From contig JAOPTX010000037.1 of NCBI GenBank assembly GCA_051532055.1, forward strand, positions 67,180 to 131,179: 64,000 nucleotides of DNA. Reading direction: 5' to 3'. A program made the translations under genes and the position numbers. The notes beneath the pieces were generated by a model that ran no database searches, was not told the DNA's origin, and saw only the letters and a program-made list of their open reading frames with translations. How positions within the stretch are numbered: position 1 is the first letter of the stretch; every line of letters starts with the position of its first letter. Below, piece by piece: positions 9,792 to 19,791 of this stretch. Origin of the DNA: Fibrobacterales bacterium. Its GTDB lineage: Bacteria; Fibrobacterota; Fibrobacteria; Fibrobacterales; JAOPTW01.

Positions 9792-11786
9792 TTAAAATTC
9801 TTTAAGATTTTCGTCATCGTCCATTGGGATTATATGTTCCATTTCAGTAGGGGAAATACCCTCTTTATTTCGTGGACGAGTGGCCGGCTGGATAGTCGGT
9901 ATTGTTGTCTGCTTTGGAATTGCAGCCATAGGACGTCGGGCTTGTGGTTGATTTGTTTTAGCCAGAGGCCTCTGTGAAGTCCCATGCACAATAGAGACGA
10001 GCTCACTTACCATTTCGTTCAGTAGTGCCGACTGAGCTGAAAGCTCTTCACTCGCAGATGCTGATTCTTCAGCTGTTGCAGCATTCGACTGTATAACGCC
10101 ATCCATGCTGCCCACTGCATCATTTACCTGACCAATCCCCTCGGACTGTTCTTCACTCGCTGCGGAAACCTCTGCAATGAGCTGATTTACTTTAACTACT
10201 CCCGTAGAAATATCATTGAGCAGCTGTCCCACTTCTTCACTCGCCGTTACTCCATTCTCTGCAGACTTTTGAGATTGTTCAATAAGATTTGCCGTATCAT
10301 TAGCTGCTTTAGCAGAGCGCTGCGCTAAATTACGTACCTCTTCTGCAACAACAGCAAAACCTTTACCTGCCTCTCCTGCCCTTGCTGCTTCAACTGCGGC
10401 ATTCAGAGCGAGAAGGTTTGTCTGAAAGGCTATTTCATTAATGTTTTTAATAATTTTTGCTGTTTCATCACTAGAGTTTTTAATATCTTGAACGACTTGA
10501 GTCATTTTAGTCATTGCATCTTGACCCGATTTAGTTGAGACTCCCGCCTCTCCTGAGATTGTATTGGCCTCTCGTGCATTTGCTGCATTTTGTTTTGTCA
10601 TTGCCGACATTTCCTCAAGAGTACTCGATATTTCTTCAACGGATGACGCTTGCTCTGAAGCACCTTCAGCCATAGCCTGACTTGAACCGGATACTTGTCC
10701 TGCTGCCGCTGAAACCTGTTCTGCTCCCTGCGTAAGGCCATCGATAATCCTATTAATTGGTCCAACAATTGCTCGTGTTATAATAAACGCCAATCCAACC
10801 CCCAGTATTGCCGCAATAATTGAAAAGATAATCACCACCCACCGAGTTGATGATGCTTGCTGTATCATCTCCTCATCAGTCATCACATTTTTGATTATGA
10901 GTTCATTAATGACACCCAAAAGTTTTTGTGACTGCTGCAGTGCAGGTTTTGATTTTGCATGGAATATAGCTTGAGCTTCATCGAGCCCTTTTTCTTCTGT
11001 TTTTGCAATATCTTTTAGAGTAGAAATCGCACTACGACACCCTTCCAATGCGGCCATAGTTTCATTTTTAAATATCTCTTCGGCTTGAGCAATTGATTTG
11101 ATATTTGAATTATCCCATACTGCTATTATTTTTTTAGCCGTTCCGTGTAACTTTACATGCTCTTCTTTTAGTATCCTTGCAGTCGCCGCAAACACTCCTT
11201 GCGCCTCGAGAGCTTTGCCACCAGTTCCATAGATAAATTTACCCAGACTACACTTTGTATGATCAATAGCAACATTAAGGTTTTTCTTTTTGAAATGAAT
11301 TACGTCAAAAACACTATTAGTCCACCCTAGATGATCGGCCTCTTTTTCTGCTAAAAATCCATACAGAGTTTTGTCGGCAGGGCGATAAAACTCTTGAACC
11401 TCCTTAGCAGAACTATGAAGTTCTATATGAACCTTTTCAAGGTCAGAATAATGCACCCCTAAAGTAGGCACTAATTTTTCGGCATTTCTCCTTCCCTCAC
11501 CATAGAGAAATTTCCCGAGTCCACATCGAGTATGATCAGTAGTGACTGTAAGTGTTGTCACCATTGGGTCACTTACAAAATCATTCAAAGCATTCACCCA
11601 GTTTAAATGATCAACCTCACGCTGTACCATCTCCCCTCGGAGTTTATTCCCTGAGATGACCTCTTCTGCGTCATCTACAATACCACCAATACCCACAACG
11701 GCCCAGACAGCAACTACTGAAAGCAGCAATAACACAGCCCCAAAACTATAGGCGAGTTTTTTTCCAATGCTAAACCCTTGAAACAT
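9792..11786 (-). CDS. Methyl-accepting chemotaxis protein with two CZB-like zinc-binding domains
   Basis: Two TM helices; [19 protein letters not shown] and [40 protein letters not shown] hairpin tip. Confidence 0.92.
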   Translation of the reverse strand: MFQGFSIGKKLAYSFGAVLLLLSVVAVWAVVGIGGIVDDAEEVISGNKLRGEMVQREVDHLNWVNALNDFVSDPMVTTLTVTTDHTRCGLGKFLYGEGRRNAEKLVPTLGVHYSDLEKVHIELHSSAKEVQEFYRPADKTLYGFLAEKEADHLGWTNSVFDVIHFKKKNLNVAIDHTKCSLGKFIYGTGGKALEAQGVFAATARILKEEHVKLHGTAKKIIAVWDNSNIKSIAQAEEIFKNETMAALEGCRSAISTLKDIAKTEEKGLDEAQAIFHAKSKPALQQSQKLLGVINELIIKNVMTDEEMIQQASSTRWVVIIFSIIAAILGVGLAFIITRAIVGPINRIIDGLTQGAEQVSAAAGQVSGSSQAMAEGASEQASSVEEISSTLEEMSAMTKQNAANAREANTISGEAGVSTKSGQDAMTKMTQVVQDIKNSSDETAKIIKNINEIAFQTNLLALNAAVEAARAGEAGKGFAVVAEEVRNLAQRSAKAANDTANLIEQSQKSAENGVTASEEVGQLLNDISTGVVKVNQLIAEVSAASEEQSEGIGQVNDAVGSMDGVIQSNAATAEESASASEELSAQSALLNEMVSELVSIVHGTSQRPLAKTNQPQARRPMAAIPKQTTIPTIQPATRPRNKEGISPTEMEHIIPMDDDENLKEF

Positions 11787-11910
11787 ATTATTACTCCAAT
11801 GTATTATCTCAATACATTTATTATCTTATAATTGCTTATCTTTTACAACTACAATAATCAACTAAGTACTCTACATTCATCATAGAAACAGTACAATGTA
11901 TCTTTCAAAA

Positions 11911-13602
11911 CTAAAACTCTTTTAAATCATCATCATCATCAAACGGAATCACCTCTTCTACCTGCCGAACCTTCTTGGAGGTATATTCAGCCGGTCTCAT
12001 TGCAGGTGATACACTCTTTTTAAGGGCATTATGGGGAGTTACCTGCTCAGAAATGGATCGTGAAGGCAATAAGGCCGGCTTATTGACGTACACCGGTGCT
12101 CGCTGAGCCTGCACACCAACTCCATTTCTCCCATGAATAACCCCAACTAAATCTGAAACAATTTGATTAAGCGTAGCTGCCTGAGCCGACAACTCTTCAC
12201 TTGCAGAAGCAGACTCCTCTGCAGTTGCTGCATTGCCTTGTATGATACCATCCATAGCACTGACCGCATCATTTACCTGCCCAATACCCGTAGATTGCTC
12301 CTTACTTGCAGCCGAGACTTCTCCAATAAGCTGATTTACTTTATCAACCGATTCAGCAATTTTAGTCAGTAACGCCCCAACCTCTTCACTTGAGCTGACG
12401 CCACTATCCGCAGACTTTTGAGATTGCTCAATAAGATTTGCCGTATCATTTGCAGCTACAGCAGAGCGTTGTGCAAGATTGCGCACCTCTTCTGCAACAA
12501 CAGCAAACCCTTTACCAGCCTCGCCTGCACGTGCCGCTTCAACAGCAGCATTCAGTGCGAGTAGATTTGTCTGAAATGCTATCTCATTAATATTTTTAAT
12601 AATTTTTGCAGTCTCATCACTTGCGATTTTAATATCGTTAACCGCACTGGACATTTTCTCCATCGCTTTTTGACCTTCAGCAGTAGCAGTGCCTGCATCT
12701 ACTGCAAATGTATTCGCTTGCTGAGCATTATCTGCAGTTTGCTTTGTCATTGCAGACATCTCTTCAAGAGTACTCGAAATTTCTTCGACCGAGGAGGCCT
12801 GCTCCGATGCCCCTTCTGCCATTGTTTGACTGGAACTTGATACTTGCCCTGAAGCTGCCGACACTTGATCGGACCCTTCCGTTAGTCCTTGAATAATTCC
12901 ATTGATAGGCCCGGTGACTGAACGAGTAATGACAAAACCGAGACCCACTGCAAGAATTACACCGATAAGAATCCCAACAATCGCCTGTATTTGAGCAAAG
13001 CTGGTAAAATCAACTAAATTCCTTATTGCCTCTGTTATCTCTGCCTTTGCACCTTCTTCAATCCCCGTAATTATAACCAACATTTTTTCGCCAGTCTCAT
13101 CAGCGCCTGCATCAAGCTCCTGAAGTTTCTTTTCATCTACATTTTCAGCCCCTGAAAGCTTACTCTTCATAATTTCATAAATACCTTTAATGCGTGGTTG
13201 AAACTCTGAATTATGAAACCGATCTGCCTCGTTTACAATTTCCTTGAGACGAGTGTTTTTAGCAGAATAAAATGTTTCATTATCAATGACTGCACCCTTA
13301 AGTATCGCATCAGCAAAGGTATCAAAGTCGACTACCAACTCTTCATGCTCCTTCCAAACACCTTCTAAGTCTTCAATATTACTTGACGCAAGAAGCTCCA
13401 TGATCATCTGCATATCACGAGCAACAGAAATTTTCATCTCCATAGCTGCATCCATAAGTGGAGACGCTTCAATAATTTCTCTCGAAGTACTCTCCATATT
13501 ATTTACAGAATAGAGTCCAAGGAGCCCTACGATTAAAACGACACCTGCTATTGTTAAAAATCCTGTCAATAGTTTCGCTTTTAACGATTTACTTTTGAAC
13601 AT
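11911..13602 (-). CDS. Methyl-accepting chemotaxis protein (helical periplasmic sensor)
   Basis: Two TM helices; [37 protein letters not shown]. Confidence 0.95.
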   Translation of the reverse strand: MFKSKSLKAKLLTGFLTIAGVVLIVGLLGLYSVNNMESTSREIIEASPLMDAAMEMKISVARDMQMIMELLASSNIEDLEGVWKEHEELVVDFDTFADAILKGAVIDNETFYSAKNTRLKEIVNEADRFHNSEFQPRIKGIYEIMKSKLSGAENVDEKKLQELDAGADETGEKMLVIITGIEEGAKAEITEAIRNLVDFTSFAQIQAIVGILIGVILAVGLGFVITRSVTGPINGIIQGLTEGSDQVSAASGQVSSSSQTMAEGASEQASSVEEISSTLEEMSAMTKQTADNAQQANTFAVDAGTATAEGQKAMEKMSSAVNDIKIASDETAKIIKNINEIAFQTNLLALNAAVEAARAGEAGKGFAVVAEEVRNLAQRSAVAANDTANLIEQSQKSADSGVSSSEEVGALLTKIAESVDKVNQLIGEVSAASKEQSTGIGQVNDAVSAMDGIIQGNAATAEESASASEELSAQAATLNQIVSDLVGVIHGRNGVGVQAQRAPVYVNKPALLPSRSISEQVTPHNALKKSVSPAMRPAEYTSKKVRQVEEVIPFDDDDDLKEF

Positions 13603-13642
13603 ACTTACCTCCTCGGTAGTATCTATTATGATATTTAATTAT

Positions 13643-14647
13643 TTACTGCTGTTTAAGCGTCTTACGCTGGAACCCTGGTAGTTCGAGAGAGGACTCAAGT
13701 CCGATCTGGATGCCTATAGTGTTTTCACCATCCCCCTCACTCGGAAGCGTTCTGCCATATTCAAGTGCAGCAAAAAGGCCATGAGCAAATGAGAATGATC
13801 CACCAACTCCAATACGAGATCCATAGGCATCATAACTATTTTTCGTAGACATATCATACCGTGTCGCGAGTGCAAACATATCTGACACCTGATAGGCAAC
13901 ACCAGTATACCACCCACTCATTTGGTCGCCATCAGTAAATTGGTAATACCCCTCAAGGTCAATAGTTAACCCTGCGATTGAAATTTCAGAACCCACTACA
14001 GCATCTTGGTACTTCTTACCCAATGAGCCTGATGCTCTAACCATCATCATTTCACTAGGAGATGCTTCGATTCCAACAAGACCTCTATAGACACCAGACG
14101 CTTCGCTCTCAACCTTTTGCACACTAGTTCCCTCCACAACGTAACTCATTTCACCTGGTGTTGCGAGGTACACCCCACCTACAAATGGCGAGAACATTCC
14201 TGCAGAATAGACTGCAGATATAGACGGTCCGTTCAGACCAAAATCAAGACCCTTCATAAGGGGGTCACTAATAAGGCGAGTTGAGTTGAGCCCGTGCCCA
14301 ATATCATTTTGTCCCATGAGAAGCGTAAGAGGCACTTGAGAAAGTTTCCATTCCACTACTGCCGCATCTATGGCAACACTGGTGAGGCCCTCTTCACCCA
14401 CTAAGGTAATAGAGGCAAGAATGTCATTTGAAACAGGCACATTTGCAGAAAGCTCTACTGTTCCTACTTCAACGGGAGCATCTTTTAGTGCATCTGTTGG
14501 TCCACCAAAATCGATTGTAACAACTCCACCCAGTTCCATTGCAGGTTCTAAATTAACGCTTCCTGCTCCGTTTTTATCATTAGCACTACTCACTGTAGTG
14601 CCCAAAATCATAATTCCAATAATGGCTTTAATTTGTAAACCTTTCAT
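13643..14647 (-). CDS. Putative outer-membrane beta-barrel/porin-like protein
   Basis: Signal peptide; alternating amphipathic strands (WYTGVAYQV, LATRYD, FAALEYGR, IGIQIGLE). Confidence 0.55.
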   Translation of the reverse strand: MKGLQIKAIIGIMILGTTVSSANDKNGAGSVNLEPAMELGGVVTIDFGGPTDALKDAPVEVGTVELSANVPVSNDILASITLVGEEGLTSVAIDAAVVEWKLSQVPLTLLMGQNDIGHGLNSTRLISDPLMKGLDFGLNGPSISAVYSAGMFSPFVGGVYLATPGEMSYVVEGTSVQKVESEASGVYRGLVGIEASPSEMMMVRASGSLGKKYQDAVVGSEISIAGLTIDLEGYYQFTDGDQMSGWYTGVAYQVSDMFALATRYDMSTKNSYDAYGSRIGVGGSFSFAHGLFAALEYGRTLPSEGDGENTIGIQIGLESSLELPGFQRKTLKQQ

Positions 14648-14829
14648 AATGCAATAACTCCATAAGTTTTATCTGATATTCTTACTTTTTTGTCAGAATT
14701 GCAAAGAATTTATTACCATTATTGATATACAGGGCTAAAGAGTAACACAGTTCTCAAACTTCTCAAGTAAATGAGTACGGTGTACGTCAAAGTAATTAAA
14801 TTTGATTACTAGAAATACAAGGAGGACGC

Positions 14830-15411
14830 ATGCTTACTCGATTGAATAACCTGGTTACCAATACCCTCAGTAAAGGTGTTCCGTTACTCATTTCAATAGT
14901 CCTCGCTCAAGCGGTCTATGCCATAATGATGATTACCACAATACCAACCCTTACCTCATTTGCCCAAGGTATCCTCATCTTAGACATGCAACCCTTTGGT
15001 TATAGTACCGATTATATACAACAGCTTTTTTCTACTCTCCAAGCGGTGGGCCGCAACTATTACCTTACCGTACAACTCCCTCTTGACATGGTATACCCTG
15101 CACTCTTTGCACTCTCTAATTCAGCCCTGTTGCTCTACCTTTTTAGAAAACTGTCCTATAAGCAATTTCGATTTATCTGCTTTATCCCCATGCTCGGGGG
15201 GCTCTTTGACTATCTCGAAAACATTTCCATTGCCCACATGCTCTTTTACTACCCCGACTTCAACCCTGCCTTTGGAGTAGTTGCAAGTATGTTCACCATA
15301 GCAAAAAGTTTTTTTACTACTGGATTCTTTTTAGTACTGATCTATTTTGTTATTCGATTGATTATACAGAGACTCACTAAGCCAAAGCATTTGATAGACA
15401 TAGAGGCGTAG
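14830..15411 (+). CDS. Hypothetical integral membrane protein
   Basis: About 4 hydrophobic segments, LDMVYP and FDYLEN motifs; GGAGG RBS. Confidence 0.75.
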   Translation: MLTRLNNLVTNTLSKGVPLLISIVLAQAVYAIMMITTIPTLTSFAQGILILDMQPFGYSTDYIQQLFSTLQAVGRNYYLTVQLPLDMVYPALFALSNSALLLYLFRKLSYKQFRFICFIPMLGGLFDYLENISIAHMLFYYPDFNPAFGVVASMFTIAKSFFTTGFFLVLIYFVIRLIIQRLTKPKHLIDIEA

Positions 15412-15432
15412 CACCTCTACGGTATTGATTCT

Positions 15433-15831
15433 TTAAATCGTTTTTTCTCTATTTTTGGATTCAACTGCCTGTGCAAAAACGATATATCGATGATCATGTT
15501 TCAATAGATGAGTATCTAACCAATTTTCTAGCATTTCAAGAAATGAATTCAATGCACTAGCTGTATTAACAGGTTTCTCACAAAACTCGGTTAAATCTGT
15601 AAGAAGTTTATTATGAAGTTCAATATGACCTGAAACTTCAGGGAACCCAATATCTCGCATATGCTGCTCTTCAGTCGTAAAATGTTCCCGAGTGTATTTA
15701 TAGAGCTTTAATATTGAACGGGTAATCTCATCCAAACCCATTGCACGGCACTCAGCAATAATGGCCATAAGCCCCTGGTGTTGCTCATCAATTTCTTTGT
15801 TACCCACTGAATATTTTATATCCCACTGCAT
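15433..15831 (-). CDS. Bacteriohemerythrin
   Basis: W...YSVGNKEIDEQH, HFTTEE, HIELH, WLDTHLLKHD iron ligands. Confidence 0.92.
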   Translation of the reverse strand: MQWDIKYSVGNKEIDEQHQGLMAIIAECRAMGLDEITRSILKLYKYTREHFTTEEQHMRDIGFPEVSGHIELHNKLLTDLTEFCEKPVNTASALNSFLEMLENWLDTHLLKHDHRYIVFAQAVESKNREKTI

Positions 15832-15912
15832 AGTGCTCCCATTCCCTGAAATAACGTTTAATGACTGCTCGATTTAGTATCGCACTACTACAGCCATTAA
15901 ACATCGCATTTT

Positions 15913-16167
15913 TTATACTGACATATTTACGAGTTTTGCTTCTATACCAGAAAGAAGATTAATCTTGCGCGTAAGCTCTTCGTGCTTTTCTGCCTCACCA
16001 ACGAGCTCAATAAAAATGAGCCCTGTTTGGCTACATTTATCAAGAATATTATCGTGAAGTCCGAGACGTGTTTTAATGAAACAGCCCCAAGCTGTTAATA
16101 TTTTTTGTACTTCAACAGCATTGTCAGATCTTTTATCGATTAATATTAATAGAACGTCTTTTTTCAT
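15913..16167 (-). CDS. TM1266-like (ACT-like) small regulator associated with iron-only hydrogenase systems
   Basis: AVEVQKILTAWGCFIKTRLGLH...GLIFIEL motif. Confidence 0.7.
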   Translation of the reverse strand: MKKDVLLILIDKRSDNAVEVQKILTAWGCFIKTRLGLHDNILDKCSQTGLIFIELVGEAEKHEELTRKINLLSGIEAKLVNMSV

Positions 16168-16300
16168 GATTTACCTTATAGTGATGTGTATTCTGAAATG
16201 ATACATTATACGAATGCATCGAGTTTACAACTTTGTAATAAGGATAGCAAGAAGTTTAGATGTTTTAACGATTGATTAAGAAAAATTCCACTTTTTATCG

Positions 16301-16951
16301 TTATTGATACTGCTTAATAAATGCTTCGCTCATGGTGATCACCTTCCCTTCCCATATAAGATTCTTCTCTTTTTTAAGTTTGAGAATGAGACGAGATATG
16401 GTTTCGGGAGTAGTACCAATTGCAGTGGCTATATCTTTTTTTGAAAAGGAATGTTTAATCTCTGGCTTGAGTCCAAACTGATCTTTGAGAAATATCATGA
16501 GACGATCTTGCACATCGAAACTCGTTGACTGCACTTGTTGCGAAAGGAACCGGAGTTTCTGGAGAATACCGGTAATAAAGTTGTCACGAAACTTTCTATT
16601 TTCGAGAAGGGGTAAAAAGTCACGTTTAGGAATGAGATAGAGATAGGAGTCTTTCAGCGCTTGGCCTGACACAGGGTAGTTATCTTTTTCAAAAAGAATC
16701 GCTTCAGCAAACATCTCACCTGGCTTTGCAACCTTGACCACGACATCACGTCCTTCAGGCCCGAGTTTTGAAAGCTGTACACTTCCTGTTACGAGTATAA
16801 ATACATACTCACCAATAGCGCCATCCTGAAACATCATCTCTTTTTTCTTATACCGCCGTTCTTGGCAAATATTTGCCATGAGCTCTCGGTCATCTTCGGA
16901 AAGACCTTTAAAAAGACTAAATCGTTGTAAAATTTCACTTTTGGATATCAT
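16301..16951 (-). CDS. Crp/Fnr family transcriptional regulator (HcpR/Dnr-like)
   Basis: cNMP-binding fold (GEMFAEA), HTH IATAIGTTPETISRL; no FNR Cys cluster; ATG 16951 has AGGA RBS. Confidence 0.92.
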   Translation of the reverse strand: MISKSEILQRFSLFKGLSEDDRELMANICQERRYKKKEMMFQDGAIGEYVFILVTGSVQLSKLGPEGRDVVVKVAKPGEMFAEAILFEKDNYPVSGQALKDSYLYLIPKRDFLPLLENRKFRDNFITGILQKLRFLSQQVQSTSFDVQDRLMIFLKDQFGLKPEIKHSFSKKDIATAIGTTPETISRLILKLKKEKNLIWEGKVITMSEAFIKQYQ

Positions 16952-16985
16952 AATAGCTGTTTCCTGCACTTAAACCGCAAATTCC

Positions 16986-16999
16986 TTGATACGAATCAA
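16986..16999. promoter_or_regulatory. FNR/Dnr/HcpR-type binding site
   Basis: Exact TTGAT-acga-ATCAA between the divergent regulator and the Fe-S gene. Confidence 0.85.
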
Positions 17000-17061
17000 T
17001 GAAAGCCCGCTGAAACAAAAGTACATTATATACAGACAAAACGAAATGGTAGTAACAGGTT

Positions 17062-17925
17062 ATGTTAAGAGAAATAGTACATATCGACGAAGAACTCTGT
17101 GACGGATGTGGCGATTGCGTTCCTGAGTGTCATGAAGGTGCCCTCAGAATAATTGACGGGAAAGCAGTCTTACTCACTGATCTCTCGTGTGATGGACTCG
17201 GCGCTTGCCTTGGCCATTGTCCAACCGGTGCTATTACCATTGAAGAGCGTGAAGCAGAGCCTTACAATGAAGTACTCGTTATGCGAGAGCTCATTAAAAA
17301 AGGTAAGAATGTTATTCAGGCTCACCTCGCCCATTTATGGGATCATAAACAGTATAAATTTGTCGAGCAAGGCGTAGGCTACCTCGAAGATAATGGATTC
17401 CCCGTACCAGACTATAAGGGCGAATCAAACGAAACTACAGAAACGAAACCAGCAGCACAAAAGGAGCAAACAATGGGTTGTCCAGGATCAGCATCACAGG
17501 AATTTAGCAACGAAAACGCAGGAGACACAAGCGGTAAACGCCCATCAGCACTTACTCATTGGCCTATCCAGCTCCACCTTGCATCACCACACGCACCACA
17601 CTACGAAAAATCAGACCTGCTTCTTGCAGCAGACTGTGCAGCGTTTTCACATGGTGATTTCCACAAAGATTATATGACCGATAAAACTCTTGCAATCGCT
17701 TGTCCAAAATTGGATGAAGGTCAAGATAACTACATCGAAAAATTAAAGGTTATGATTGATGACGCACAGATTAACACCTTGACTGTTGCGATCATGCAAG
17801 TTCCTTGTTGTAATGGCCTTCTTGGTATTGCACAAGAAGCAGCATCACGTGCAACTCGCAAAATCCCTTTGAAACTTGTTGTATTGAGTCTTCAAGGTGA
17901 TGTTCTTCGCGAAGAATGGGTTTAA
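17062..17925 (+). CDS. 4Fe-4S ferredoxin-domain protein
   Basis: CDGCGDCVPEC, CDGLGACLGHCP, GCPGS, HWPIQL, ACPKLD, VPCC. Confidence 0.9.
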   Translation: MLREIVHIDEELCDGCGDCVPECHEGALRIIDGKAVLLTDLSCDGLGACLGHCPTGAITIEEREAEPYNEVLVMRELIKKGKNVIQAHLAHLWDHKQYKFVEQGVGYLEDNGFPVPDYKGESNETTETKPAAQKEQTMGCPGSASQEFSNENAGDTSGKRPSALTHWPIQLHLASPHAPHYEKSDLLLAADCAAFSHGDFHKDYMTDKTLAIACPKLDEGQDNYIEKLKVMIDDAQINTLTVAIMQVPCCNGLLGIAQEAASRATRKIPLKLVVLSLQGDVLREEWV

Positions 17926-17974
17926 AGAGGGTTATTTTCTCCTCTTATTCTCACTTCTAGTAGTACAGTTATTC

Positions 17975-18008
17975 ACCCTCATTAACTTTTAATAAAATTA
18001 ATGAGGGT
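17975..18008 (+). terminator. Probable intrinsic terminator
   Basis: accctcattaa...ttaatgagggt stem after the Fe-S gene. Confidence 0.55.
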
Positions 18009-18305
18009 ATCTCTCTATTTAACTGCTGGACTAAATGCCGCTGCTGTCCCGCAGCGAACCCGAAGGCCAGTCAGGTTCACCCCTAAACCACTCAGGATCA
18101 AACCTTCACTCCATTGAGATTGGTATGCGAGTATCTATAATAGGTCTTCTACACACCCTTTTGTGGCTGAAAACATTTCACTCACAGATTACAACATTGT
18201 ATATTCTTAAGATACCCCCCTTCAAAAACCCCATAAATAGGGTCATCTACTTTTGACTTCTCCCTATCTTACTATCTTTCAGATAAAATAGAACAGGGGT
18301 ATACA

Positions 18306-19673
18306 ATGCGTTTTTGGTTAGGTTTAATGGTCGTCGTTTCTTTGAGCTCATGTCTCAATTCTACTGATCCAGCGGAATCCTCCGACAGTTCATCAGCAGC
18401 AGTATTGAGTGGTGCCATTTCATTCACCTACACCGTACCTACAGCAAATGTCCCTTTTACCATTGACAGTATTTCCTGCACTATTAAGAATGACAATGCC
18501 GTTATTCCACTCAGTATTGTAAATCCACAGTTTAGTGGTGAGAATATACCCTTTGAGGCTTCTGCAAATGTGGGAGATAGTTTAATTATCGAAGTTGAAC
18601 TCTGGAGAGGTGATACTCTTATTGCTACAACAGATGATTCAGCAATTATAGAAGCGTCTACCACCATTATTAGTGGTTCTATCGTCAATCACCTTCCTAC
18701 TATTAACGCAGGTGCTGATCGCTCAATCTACATAAACAAAACATCAACCTTTAGAGATGCAACCGTCAATGAACCTGATGATGCCGGCTATTCCATATGG
18801 TGGAAATCTACCACTGATAGTGACTTTACGCAAAACTCCCTCACTAAGCTGTATAAAGCAATAGGAAGCGACACCATTGTACTCCTTGTTATTGATGGCT
18901 ATGGTCACCGAGTTACCGACACCCTTATTGTTTCAATTATAGACTATGACTACAGCGTAGAAACTCCGGTCTCTTCGTCATCAAGTGTCATGATAGTTTC
19001 TTCTTCAACTGTTTCGTCATCATCAATACAGTCTTCATCATCTGTGGTACTCAGTTCTTCTTCTGCGGTAGCTGTTTCAAGTTCTTCTGTGGTTATGAGT
19101 TCTTCTGTTGCCCCGGTAACCTATGCACTTACTGTTGAGGGTGGCGCTGGAAGTGGTTCTTATCAAGCGGGTGAGGCTGTTGAGATTGTTGCCAATGCGA
19201 ATGATAGTGGCGTTTGCTTTAAAGAGTGGAGTGGTGAAAATGTTCCTAACACAACCAATGATACGACTACAATTATTATGCCTGCTGCTGATAAAGCTGT
19301 GAGTGCATCTACTCATAGATGTTTTTTAATTACCTTTGATCATGATTATGGCTACTATGAAACGTACACTATGGATTGGGCTTCGAATATGTCCTTCGTT
19401 TGGCAAGATAAAAGCCCTTTGTCGCATTATCCAGATATAATTGAATGGCTCATTCCACCCATAGCATGGTATGCTGTACCAACGGTTACCTTACTTCCTA
19501 AAAATGCTTCTGGTGAATACATAACTGTCGTGTCAACTCCAATACAAGGAGCCAGTCCCGCGCTTCAAGACACCATTACAGCAAATCTCATGGTCGCTAT
19601 GCCTATTGTAATTGTAGAACCTCCGAAGTTAGAGCCAGTACTCATTATCGATACTACAGCAGTTGGCCCATAA
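18306..19673 (+). CDS. Ser-rich lipoprotein with Ig/PKD-like and InlB-B-repeat-like domains (paralog 1)
   Basis: Lipobox LSSC; INAGADRS; poly-Ser linker; YALTVEGGAGSGSYQAGEAVEIVA. Confidence 0.75.
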   Translation: MRFWLGLMVVVSLSSCLNSTDPAESSDSSSAAVLSGAISFTYTVPTANVPFTIDSISCTIKNDNAVIPLSIVNPQFSGENIPFEASANVGDSLIIEVELWRGDTLIATTDDSAIIEASTTIISGSIVNHLPTINAGADRSIYINKTSTFRDATVNEPDDAGYSIWWKSTTDSDFTQNSLTKLYKAIGSDTIVLLVIDGYGHRVTDTLIVSIIDYDYSVETPVSSSSSVMIVSSSTVSSSSIQSSSSVVLSSSSAVAVSSSSVVMSSSVAPVTYALTVEGGAGSGSYQAGEAVEIVANANDSGVCFKEWSGENVPNTTNDTTTIIMPAADKAVSASTHRCFLITFDHDYGYYETYTMDWASNMSFVWQDKSPLSHYPDIIEWLIPPIAWYAVPTVTLLPKNASGEYITVVSTPIQGASPALQDTITANLMVAMPIVIVEPPKLEPVLIIDTTAVGP

Positions 19674-19687
19674 TATTTATTCACATA

Positions 19688-19709
19688 GTGCTCTCTTAAG
19701 AGGGAGCAC
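19688..19709 (+). terminator. Hairpin between lipoprotein paralogs
   Basis: gtgctctct-taag-agggagcac. Confidence 0.5.
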
Positions 19710-19791
19710 ATATTGATGATAAGACCATCCATTAAATACCTCAATACATTATTTTTACAATACACACCATACGCACTACAAAGGGCCCCTC

